DNA of 32,000 nt, from contig NZ_CP065936.1 of the NCBI RefSeq assembly GCF_003367075.2, positions 1,890,001 through 1,922,000 on the forward strand, given 5' to 3'. This document shows, in pieces, positions 1 through 8,117 of the stretch. How positions within the stretch are numbered: position 1 is the first letter of the stretch; each line of letters begins with the position of its first letter. A program made the position numbers and the translations under genes. The notes under the pieces are model-generated. The model saw nothing but the letters and a program-made list of their open reading frames with translations. It made no database searches and was not told the DNA's origin. This stretch comes from Cylindrospermopsis raciborskii Cr2010. GTDB lineage: Bacteria; Cyanobacteriota; Cyanobacteriia; Cyanobacteriales; Nostocaceae.

Positions 1-922
1 GTGAACGAACAGCGCTTGAACTTTCATCCATGGTCAATTTTACGCGTTTTCCTTTAGGGCTATAGTATAATTCATCATTCTTCGTGACAAGATACTCACC
101 ACCAATAATGTCTGAGAAGTCATTTGTAATCTCTGGATGATTCTTTGCTATGAAGCTATCTTTTTTTGAAAGCTCTTCTAACTGTCTTGTGAAATCAACG
201 TTTGACTTAATGGGTAGGGCATAATCCGCATATACTTTGGAAAGTAATTCAAGTGGATTTATTTCCTTTTCCATTGAGCTCATTTCCTCCAGGAGACGGT
301 TTCGGGCAAAATTAAGCTCTCTTCTGAATATTGCCACACCAGTTCGTTCGGCGCTGGCAATAAAAAGACGGGGGAAAAGGTCCCCAAAAATAATGTCTTT
401 TAGAGCATCTCCGATAATTCGACTAATTATTTCTTGAGGTATCCTTACCTGCTCTTTCTCAACGAGCAAAGAAATTGAAACTAGGGAAGAGTCGGCTTTT
501 TTCGATATGAAGAATAGCTGGGTTTTAGCTGCACCCATAGTCCGTTCGAAGGTTGAAAGAGGGTGTATATCACTAGAATCCAGGTTTACCAAAAACTGAC
601 TCCCGGCAAAATGTTTTTCGGAGGAAGCGAAGAAGTGAGGTAATTGTTGTGTAAATGCCTTACAACCTTTCTCAAGGATATTTGGTGCATTGCGGATGTA
701 TTCTTCAATATTTAACTCAATTAAACCTTCATTTAACAATTGCCACACATCTCCGTCGGAAATATCTATGGAGAAAGCATCACGCCAAAATGAGATAAAG
801 CCAAACAATGCATAGGTGGCATAGGTTTTACCGGTATTGTTCCCACCACATATAATAGTTAGTTCGTTAAGTGTAAACTCTGCCTGCTTGATAGGTCCGA
901 GATTCTTTATGGAAATTTTCAT
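1..922 (-). CDS. P-loop ATPase, ABC/SMC-like (AAA_15/AAA_21-type), first ~307 codons only; ORF continues past the left window edge
   Basis: My own translation of the minus strand from ATG 922..920 stays open to base 1. It is absent from the ORF track because it has no stop in the window. Sequence: MKISIKNLGPIKQAEFTLNELTIICGGNNTGKTYATYALFGF..., with Walker A GGNNTGKT. The track ORF 237..437 is its antisense shadow. Confidence 0.6.
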   Translation of the reverse strand, partial: MKISIKNLGPIKQAEFTLNELTIICGGNNTGKTYATYALFGFISFWRDAFSIDISDGDVWQLLNEGLIELNIEEYIRNAPNILEKGCKAFTQQLPHFFASSEKHFAGSQFLVNLDSSDIHPLSTFERTMGAAKTQLFFISKKADSSLVSISLLVEKEQVRIPQEIISRIIGDALKDIIFGDLFPRLFIASAERTGVAIFRRELNFARNRLLEEMSSMEKEINPLELLSKVYADYALPIKSNVDFTRQLEELSKKDSFIAKNHPEITNDFSDIIGGEYLVTKNDELYYSPKGKRVKLTMDESSSAVRS

Positions 923-1368
923 TCGCTTTTACATTTAGCTGATTTAAATATATAGCCTTGGCCAGAACCACCTTGCAAATAGGTACGAGTAGTTGATTTT
1001 TTAAGAGAGATAACATACACCTATCTTAATGTAACAGATATCAAGTTATATGTCAACTCCGTCAACTCATCTTGTCTTGGGAGGATATGTTTAGGTAGAG
1101 CTTAGTTATAGGATGAGATTAAACAAATATACACTTTGAAATAGCCCTAAAAATTATGACTTGAGTTATAAAAATATAGATAGGAATGAGTAGCAACAGT
1201 TTGTGTTAGCTAGTATTTAATCTTAGTATAATAAATACTAATACTTTACCTATATTTTGAATCCCAAAATTTTCTACCCCAGCCTATTGACTTTTATTCT
1301 CAAAAGTTCTACATTAACTTTTGGGATTAGTTGAAACTAATTCGCAAAAATACTGAGAATTATTACTA

Positions 1369-2349
1369 ATGAACCTTAACCAATTCCTGAAAAGAAAGTT
1401 CTTGATTGCCGGTACATTGGCAACACTGACAAGTTTATTTGTCAGCAATGTAGTCAAAACCCAACCCACGGTGGCTAACTCCAATCCTCCCCCAGTAGCA
1501 CCACTGTTACTTACAAAAAATCTCAAAAATTTGACCATAGTCTTTCCTAGTCGAAAGGATGCTCCTAACCTGCAAGAACAAGTGGGGAAAGTAGCTAACT
1601 TCTTGTCCCGGGAGTTAGGAATACCCGTAAAGGCACAAATTAGCGATGATACTGCTGCTGTAGAAGCCCTAAGAGCTAATAGAGCCGATGTGGCTTTTTT
1701 AAGCAGTCGTCCAGCCTTAAAAGCGGAGGGACTAGCAAATTCTCGTTTATATCTAGCAGAGGTGAGATCTAACTACTCCGGTAGATACACTTATAATTCC
1801 ATATTTGTAGTTGCCAAAAACAGTCCTCTAACTCCTAAAGCTTCTACTAAAGCGACGCTGGAACAGCTCAGAGGCAAAAAAATTGCCTTTACCTCCCCCA
1901 CCTCTGGATCAGGGTTTATTTTCCCAGTTAGTGAGTTGGTGAAGAACGGATTTGTCCCCGACAAAGATCGGATGGAAGGTTTCTTCGGTCAAATTACTTA
2001 TGGAGGTAATTACAGTAAAGCACTGGAAGCAGTGGTACGTGGTCAAGCAGATGTAGCAACAGTTTCTGAGTATGCCATGTATCCCCCCTATATATCTACC
2101 ACAGATGCTGCTAAATTGCGAGTGCTGTATAAAATATCCGGTGTTCCCGCTCATGGAATAGTTGTTGATGATGATGTTCCAGTAGTCATGCGAGAAAAAA
2201 TTATTAACGCCTTTCTCAAGTTAAACAAACCAGAAAATAACCAATTGTTGCAGGGTTTGTATAATTCCACCGAGCTAGTGAGAGTTGATCATAATCGTCA
2301 CTTGAAACCCGTGCGCGATGCTCTGAAAAATTTGGGTATAGAACCATAG
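1369..2349 (+). CDS. phnD: Phosphonate/phosphite ABC transporter substrate-binding protein (PhnD family)
   Basis: 326 aa with a hydrophobic N-terminal signal-like segment (FLIAGTLATLTSLFVS). Body resembles PhnD-type binding proteins (YSGRYTYNSIFVV, FTSPTSGSGFIFP). First gene of a D-C-E transporter trio. Confidence 0.8.
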   Translation: MNLNQFLKRKFLIAGTLATLTSLFVSNVVKTQPTVANSNPPPVAPLLLTKNLKNLTIVFPSRKDAPNLQEQVGKVANFLSRELGIPVKAQISDDTAAVEALRANRADVAFLSSRPALKAEGLANSRLYLAEVRSNYSGRYTYNSIFVVAKNSPLTPKASTKATLEQLRGKKIAFTSPTSGSGFIFPVSELVKNGFVPDKDRMEGFFGQITYGGNYSKALEAVVRGQADVATVSEYAMYPPYISTTDAAKLRVLYKISGVPAHGIVVDDDVPVVMREKIINAFLKLNKPENNQLLQGLYNSTELVRVDHNRHLKPVRDALKNLGIEP

Positions 2350-2462
2350 GGCGAAAAATGGATATGTAACTTCTATAAGTAGTTTTCTATAAAGCTATTT
2401 ACTGTCAAAAACTGTTTAGAAGTGCTAGAATATTTTTAATTAACAATAATTTGGTTACTACC

Positions 2463-3194
2463 ATGAAACTAATTGAATGTCACAATCTAAAAACAAGTTA
2501 CACTGCATCCTCAAATCGTCCGATCCTCAATGGGATTGATTTGGAGATTAGCCAAGGTGAATTTGTAGTTCTCTTGGGTTTAAACGGAGCTGGTAAATCC
2601 ACCCTCTTGCGATCGCTCATAGGGTTAGCTCCGGTAGTAGGTGGTTCTGTTTACATAAACAATAGACAGATGACAAACGAGACCTTGCCAGAAATTCGTC
2701 AAGATATTGGCATGTTATTTCAAGGTGGGGGATTAATTGGGCAGTTATCAGTTTTAGATAATGTGTTATGTGGTCGTTTAGGCAAAAGAAAAACCACCCA
2801 AACTTTATTTGGATTTCCTCGTCAGGATCACTTCTTAGCTCAACAATTATTAGCACAACTGGGTTTGAAAGGTAAAATCTATCAAAAAACCAGTCAACTC
2901 AGTGGTGGACAGCAACAAAGAGTAGCTATTGCCAGGGCTCTAATTCAATTCCCGCAAATCCTGCTAGCGGATGAACCAATTACCGGTTTAGACATGATGG
3001 CTTCTCAACAGGTAATGGAAACCCTGGTGAAACTAAATCGAGAGCAGGGATTAACTATTATTATGGTGCTACATGATTTAGCCATGGCTGCAAAATATGC
3101 TGATCGTGCTATAGTTTTGGATGCTGGGCGCATTGTTTATGACGGTAAACCTTATAATTTACCAGAGAAAGTTGCTCAGGTTTCACACTTTTAA
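2463..3194 (+). CDS. phnC: Phosphonate ABC transporter ATP-binding protein (PhnC family)
   Basis: Walker A GLNGAGKST, ABC signature LSGGQQQRVAIARAL, Walker B ILLADEP, H-loop VLHDL. ATG 2463 (MKLIECHNL) is preferred over the TTG at 2451 used by the ORF track. Confidence 0.85.
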   Translation: MKLIECHNLKTSYTASSNRPILNGIDLEISQGEFVVLLGLNGAGKSTLLRSLIGLAPVVGGSVYINNRQMTNETLPEIRQDIGMLFQGGGLIGQLSVLDNVLCGRLGKRKTTQTLFGFPRQDHFLAQQLLAQLGLKGKIYQKTSQLSGGQQQRVAIARALIQFPQILLADEPITGLDMMASQQVMETLVKLNREQGLTIIMVLHDLAMAAKYADRAIVLDAGRIVYDGKPYNLPEKVAQVSHF

Positions 3195-3197
3195 ACT

Positions 3198-4004
3198 ATG
3201 ACAAAAACACCTAAACACCCTCTATTTAATCACTACTCTCAGCTTGTTTTTTGGTTAAGGAATATAATTATTCTCTTAGTGGTTGTGGGGGTGTATGTTT
3301 GGGCATTGCAGGGGTTAAAAGTTGATTTTGAATTGGTCAAAAACAGTTGGCCCTACGTCATAGATTTTATTGTCAGGTTATTTCCCCCCGATTGGAAGGT
3401 TCTGGATATAGCTGTTAGGGCACTAATAGAAACTGTGCAAATGTCTTTGTGGGGTACTTCTATTGGCGCGCTGCTCTCCTTACCAATTGCAGTAGCTAGT
3501 GCTAATAATATTGCACCCTTGTGGTTGCAATGGTTAGCCAATCTCCTGCAAAATGCTGTTCGTTCTGTTCCTTCGATTATTTTAGGTTTAATCTTTGTTG
3601 CTGCTACGGGTTTGGGATCACCTGCTGGAACCTTGGCCCTAGCTATCTACACTATTGGCTATCTTGCGAAATTTTATCAACAAGCCATTGAAGCTGTGGA
3701 TTCCCGTTCATTGGAATCTTTACGGGTAATTGGTGCGTCAAAGTTACAAATGGTTCAGTATGGCATATTACCTCAAGTGTTACCTTTGGGACTGGGTTAT
3801 ACTCTGTGGATGTTTGAGTATAATATTCGTGCTGCTTCTGTGCTAGGTGTGGTAGGTGCAGGTGGAATTGGGTTTCAGTTAAAGAGTTATATAGACGGTT
3901 TTGAGTATAATAAGGCGACTACTATGATGTTAGTATTGTTAGTTGTGGTGACAGTAATTGATGTTTTTAGTAGCAAGTTACGTCGCTATCTGGATTCTAT
4001 CTGA
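3198..4004 (+). CDS. phnE: Phosphonate ABC transporter permease (PhnE family)
   Basis: 268-aa polytopic membrane protein. PhnE-like core ETVQMSLWGTSIGALLSLPIAVASANN. Starts 3 nt after the phnC stop. Confidence 0.8.
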   Translation: MTKTPKHPLFNHYSQLVFWLRNIIILLVVVGVYVWALQGLKVDFELVKNSWPYVIDFIVRLFPPDWKVLDIAVRALIETVQMSLWGTSIGALLSLPIAVASANNIAPLWLQWLANLLQNAVRSVPSIILGLIFVAATGLGSPAGTLALAIYTIGYLAKFYQQAIEAVDSRSLESLRVIGASKLQMVQYGILPQVLPLGLGYTLWMFEYNIRAASVLGVVGAGGIGFQLKSYIDGFEYNKATTMMLVLLVVVTVIDVFSSKLRRYLDSI

Positions 4005-4029
4005 TGATTGAATATTCTGCTGCGATCGC

Positions 4030-4054
4030 CTAAGTGTAGGTTGGGTTGAAGTAT
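4030..4054. terminator. Possible bidirectional terminator hairpin between convergent phnE and cmr6/1
   Basis: GTTGGGTT (4030..4037), a 9-nt loop, then AACCCAAC (4047..4054): a perfect 8-bp stem. No clear U-tract. A HIP1 site lies just upstream (4022..4029). Confidence 0.3.
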
Positions 4055-4136
4055 GAAACCCAACGCCCGCATGAGTTAACCCATTCTACAAATAATTGTG
4101 CCTCCCTACTTAAAAAGACGATTTAATTAGTCTTAA

Positions 4137-5801
4137 TTAGTCGCCCCATAATCGTTGGAAATTACTTGCAGGCGTTCCTAAAAAAGCCAAAAATTGCCTA
4201 GTTTGAAGAGGAGGATTAGCACCAGGAAAAATAGTGAGTAATTCTATGTACCCCTTTTGGTACCCCTTTTGGCGAACTATATTACCATCTACAGTTTTCT
4301 TGTAATGAGGATACATTCGATGATAAATTCTGCCAATATTGCCCATACGACCAGTCAAGGTAGAACCCTTGATTGATTGATTCCCTTGATAATTACCATG
4401 GAACCAATGCACTGCTAAACTATCATCCTTATCTTCAGCTATACGTCCCCAAATTTGTACATTTTGAGGGTGAAAAGATTCTCTCCATAAACACCTCACA
4501 TTTTCAGGTGTTATTCCTTTAAACCTTAACCATTCTTCCACAGTTTGACGAACTTTATCAATGGCATTTTTGATATGTAGAATATTATTAACTGGGAAAT
4601 AATAGTCCTTTGAATCCGGGATGAATTCCCAGTGACAACCAATCATAGGCTTATTTTGATTATCCAAATATTCGGGTAAAAATTCTCTATGATCTATCCG
4701 ACGAGAGGATTTGCCAAATCCACCAATCAACATACTAAATCGCAGAATAGCTTTTGCTAACATTTTCAACTGCTTTTTATATTCAGGAGAAGGATTTTTC
4801 ATACAAACAATGGTTAAGGTACCACTTTTTAAATGGTAGGTGGGCATGGTGACATTATTATATCTAAACTCACCCATGACTAAATTTTCTGGATTAAAAC
4901 TAATCCCTAAATCTCCTGCTATGGCTCCATTATTTCCTGCAAATCCTCCCCACAGTTCTTTGGTTAATTGTTCTGCGGTTTTTTCATTGATCATTCCACT
5001 TAATAATCTGAGGGTATGACCACGGAGAGCAGCTTTAAATATATTGGGACGAAATTCACCACTTTTGTCTATTAACTGTGATGCTAAACCTTTGCCCTTT
5101 AGTTTAACACTTAATAATTTATTCTGGTTTTGTTCTGGTGCAATAACAGGTTGACCATAACCCGCACTGACTCTAGAACCAATACCCTTTTGTATGGCTT
5201 TATCCCAAATCTCCCAAATTGTTTGCCACTCAGTATCATCTAACTCAATATTGCTAGAAATACCAAAAACCAGGGTTGGTTGATATAGGGAAATTTGTAG
5301 GAATGCAGAATGACTATTATGATTTTTAACTTGCCATTCTTCTTGAGGGTGAACTATGTCAATTAATTGTTGCTCACGCCAACTATCATCTTTTGGATAT
5401 GCACCATGAAACCGCAATATACCTGGTTTGGTATCCTGGGTAGTTTGAGTTCCACAATATCTTATACCTTGTTCACGGGTGCAACTTCTTAAAAATGCCC
5501 CCTTCATACTAGCACCAGGATAATAGGGAAATCCATTGGCACCAATTACAGGTCTAATAATATCATCATCTTGTCCACTATTGGCAAGAAAACGCCAGGA
5601 AATCTCATATTCTTTGGTTCTCACATGAGTCCCAAATTTAGGTAGGTTTGCTACTGCTTCATCCCATTCGTCAACCCATCTTTCTGGCTTTGACCGATCT
5701 GCAATATACTGAACCTGTCCCCTTCCATCAACTTGAGCTTGAAACATTAAGGGGACTTCATTACTGTTCATTAAACGTAATTCATTAATCATCATTTTCA
5801 C
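4137..5801 (-). CDS. cmr6: Type III-B double-RAMP subunit, Cmr6-like N-terminal half fused to a Cmr1-like C-terminal half (cassette A)
   Basis: 554 aa, about twice the size of a stand-alone Cmr6. The first half has RPVIGANGFPYYPGASMKGAFLR and the G-rich loop GIGSRVSAGYGQP. The second half has FRPNIFKAALRGHTLRLL and LIGGFGKSSRR. It is the last gene of the cmr operon. The start is uncertain: MNSNEVPLMFQAQ (ATG 5771) aligns with MSHNSVPLMYQAQ of the paralog. Confidence 0.75.
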   Translation of the reverse strand: MKMMINELRLMNSNEVPLMFQAQVDGRGQVQYIADRSKPERWVDEWDEAVANLPKFGTHVRTKEYEISWRFLANSGQDDDIIRPVIGANGFPYYPGASMKGAFLRSCTREQGIRYCGTQTTQDTKPGILRFHGAYPKDDSWREQQLIDIVHPQEEWQVKNHNSHSAFLQISLYQPTLVFGISSNIELDDTEWQTIWEIWDKAIQKGIGSRVSAGYGQPVIAPEQNQNKLLSVKLKGKGLASQLIDKSGEFRPNIFKAALRGHTLRLLSGMINEKTAEQLTKELWGGFAGNNGAIAGDLGISFNPENLVMGEFRYNNVTMPTYHLKSGTLTIVCMKNPSPEYKKQLKMLAKAILRFSMLIGGFGKSSRRIDHREFLPEYLDNQNKPMIGCHWEFIPDSKDYYFPVNNILHIKNAIDKVRQTVEEWLRFKGITPENVRCLWRESFHPQNVQIWGRIAEDKDDSLAVHWFHGNYQGNQSIKGSTLTGRMGNIGRIYHRMYPHYKKTVDGNIVRQKGYQKGYIELLTIFPGANPPLQTRQFLAFLGTPASNFQRLWGD

Positions 5802-6213
5802 CTGCTTTTTTATAGCGTTGAGTCCACCACACTAAGCTATCACAAAATTGTGTTAACACGGCTAAACAAACACGTTGGTCATCAATAGATAGGTTCCATA
5901 ATCTAGATGCATAGTCTTGTAGTTGTGCGGTGTCATTATTAGTTGGTATTTCTGGTAATTGTACGCCCGCATTCTTCATAATCTGTGTGAATTCTTTCCA
6001 GGTAGCCTGCCAATACTTACCTTTTTGTTGGTCATCATCATTATTTTTATTATTTTTACTCAACAGTCGTAGGTGTTCACCGGAAAATCTTTCTAAACCG
6101 TAGGCTACGGTGCTACGCATTTTATGGGATTGACCAATCACACCTTTTTTATCTCGATAGATAAGAACTAATTTTTGAGCTTTCTGATCTAAATTATAGG
6201 ATTTCCAGGTCAT
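5785..6213 (-). CDS. cmr5: Small subunit, Cmr5/Cas11-like (cassette A)
   Basis: 142 aa with helical-looking sequence, sitting between cmr4 and cmr6 where cmr5 normally lies. It is homologous to the 130-aa protein at the same position in cassette B (shared KMRSTV.YGLERF.GE.LRL and WWTQRYK). The assignment rests mainly on position and size. Confidence 0.55.
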   Translation of the reverse strand: MTWKSYNLDQKAQKLVLIYRDKKGVIGQSHKMRSTVAYGLERFSGEHLRLLSKNNKNNDDDQQKGKYWQATWKEFTQIMKNAGVQLPEIPTNNDTAQLQDYASRLWNLSIDDQRVCLAVLTQFCDSLVWWTQRYKKAGENDD

Positions 6214-6216
6214 AAT

Positions 6217-7062
6217 TTACGCTCCTTTAACTGTTAATTGACAATGACCAAAACCAATGGACTCTAATCCACCCAAATAAATATCTCCCGTGTTACTAGT
6301 GCCAAATGCCTGCCATTTTTGTTCACCCTGGATATTGTTTCTAATAGCTATGGGAAATACTAGAATTGTGCCTTCAGGTAAGGCTTCAGTATTGAAAAAT
6401 CCACCCTTATCTACTACTTTTTGTTCCGATTGCAAACGCACCCGACTTTGGCGATATAATGCCATATCATGGATCATTCCAATATCCCCATCATCTACCA
6501 CTACTGCTGATTTTTGTTCAAGTTCAGGGAACCACGCTGATAGATCTTCAGTGTTGTTAATTTCTAAGAATCCTAGGTTAAAAAATATAGTTCTTTTACC
6601 TCCTGCAGCTTGTTTTGTCTTAATTATGGTAGAACCTGTATAAGGTGTGGGAACTGATATTTCCCGAAGAAGTTTATTTTGACCATTCTTTTTTATTTCT
6701 ACCGTGTCACCAGCTATACGTTGGTAACGTTTTAATAAGCGAGGAGAAGTAACCCAAACTATGGGTTGACCTGGACAAAAAACGGGAATCCAAATAATAG
6801 AAGCATATTCAAATTTGACAATAGATTCGTTATTTTTATCGTCATCTGCTCCGTTACCATACCAGTGATTTGCCCTTTCTTCTCCTTCTAAAATGCGAGT
6901 TTCAGCCCGCAATCTTCCACGAATGGAACTACCGGGAATAATCCCCGTTTGGGTGAACTGGTCACGGAATATGAGGTTCAAATTACCACTTTCTTCTCCT
7001 GCAGTTGCACCAACATGAACGGGTGCTAGTGTTTCTATAATGCCATATTGTTTGGTGTACAT
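6217..7062 (-). CDS. cmr4: Cmr4 (Cas7-family backbone RAMP), cassette A
   Basis: N-terminus MYTKQYGIIETLAPVHVGATAGEESGNLNLIFRDQFTQTGIIPGSSIRGRLR. The Asp in IFRDQ sits where the Cmr4 catalytic Asp lies. C-terminal G-rich loop GGLESIGFGHC. Confidence 0.85.
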   Translation of the reverse strand: MYTKQYGIIETLAPVHVGATAGEESGNLNLIFRDQFTQTGIIPGSSIRGRLRAETRILEGEERANHWYGNGADDDKNNESIVKFEYASIIWIPVFCPGQPIVWVTSPRLLKRYQRIAGDTVEIKKNGQNKLLREISVPTPYTGSTIIKTKQAAGGKRTIFFNLGFLEINNTEDLSAWFPELEQKSAVVVDDGDIGMIHDMALYRQSRVRLQSEQKVVDKGGFFNTEALPEGTILVFPIAIRNNIQGEQKWQAFGTSNTGDIYLGGLESIGFGHCQLTVKGA

Positions 7063-7073
7063 TTTTTCTTCCT

Positions 7074-8117
7074 TTAGTTAATTCCCTGAATTTCTACTGG
7101 TAAACACAAACCACAGCCTACTTTTTTGAGACTGTAACCTTCGTTAGGAAACCATTTTTCATCCCATTTCCACCACGGTTGATTAATGGGTTCTTTGAGG
7201 AGGTAAACGCTACCAGCAGGTACAGCATAACGTCCTCTTCCTAAAGTTCCCTGGGAACGAAAACGATAGGGAACTGCTTTGTCTGTGAGTAATTGCACAA
7301 CCTGGGGAAAGGGATGACTGTCATCTTCTGGGTGGGGATAACGGTGAGAAATACGGTTGGATCCCCATACTCCCGGTGTCAATAAGGCAAAACTTTTACC
7401 AATGGGTTGTTGGAGTAATTCCTTGGTTTTGGGTTGAAGTTTTTTACAGGTTATTTCCACAATGTGATTTTCGCCCCCGAATTTATACCAACCATTATCG
7501 ATATCATAAGTGGATAAATAGACTAAACAAACATCATCTGGTAGTTGTACGGAGTTTTCTAAAAACAATCCATCGGATTTTTCAACGCGTCTTGCTGAAA
7601 ACTCAATTTTCGGGTGGAGAAAAGAAACAAATTTCCAAGGATCATTAGCAAGGTTACAAGAATCATTACTAGGTTTACTAGCTTTGACTAGTTCTTTGGT
7701 AGGTAATTTCCACGACTCTATGGTTTGCCAATTATAATCTGACTCCAATTTATAGTCTAGCTTCTCCTCTTGTTTATTATCCTGCTTGTTAGGCAAATAC
7801 CATTCGCCATTTTGGATATTCCACTCTCCCCATTCTTTTTTGCCAATAATTTTATTGCGTGGTATGGGAACAAAAAAGTTCTGTGGATTATCTGAGTTTG
7901 CCCAAAAGGGCCCAGCTACATACAAATTATCTCTTAATTCTACTTGAGATCGCTTGTTATTGACCTTATTGATGCTAAATATGAGACCCGCCAAAGTAGC
8001 AGCTTCAGGGGGGAATTTAGCACCAGAGCGACCTACTAAGTTTTCCGGAGATAAAAATGCCCCCGCACTGCCATACATAAGTCCCAAAGGACTAATACTA
8101 ATTAAGTAATTGAACAT
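7074..8117 (-). CDS. cmr3: Cmr3 (Cas5-family), cassette A
   Basis: N-terminus MFNYLISISPLGLMYGSAGAFLSPENLVGRSGAKFPP. C-terminal GRGRYAVPAGSVYLL and GCGLCLP. The start is set at ATG 8117 (track ORF starts at 8153) because it is homologous to the paralog start MYKYLIIINPLG, and both overlap the cas10 stop by 16 nt. Confidence 0.85.
   Translation of the reverse strand: MFNYLISISPLGLMYGSAGAFLSPENLVGRSGAKFPPEAATLAGLIFSINKVNNKRSQVELRDNLYVAGPFWANSDNPQNFFVPIPRNKIIGKKEWGEWNIQNGEWYLPNKQDNKQEEKLDYKLESDYNWQTIESWKLPTKELVKASKPSNDSCNLANDPWKFVSFLHPKIEFSARRVEKSDGLFLENSVQLPDDVCLVYLSTYDIDNGWYKFGGENHIVEITCKKLQPKTKELLQQPIGKSFALLTPGVWGSNRISHRYPHPEDDSHPFPQVVQLLTDKAVPYRFRSQGTLGRGRYAVPAGSVYLLKEPINQPWWKWDEKWFPNEGYSLKKVGCGLCLPVEIQGIN

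Noticed and set aside
1190-1368. Possible Pho boxes (SphR/PhoB sites, tandem PyTTAAPyPy(T/A) octamers at 11-bp spacing) upstream of phnD, e.g. TTTAATCT at about 1216 and ATTAACTT at about 1312.
   Set aside because: Only single octamers fit. The expected second and third repeats at 11-bp phasing are poor matches, and the region is so AT-rich that such octamers occur by chance.
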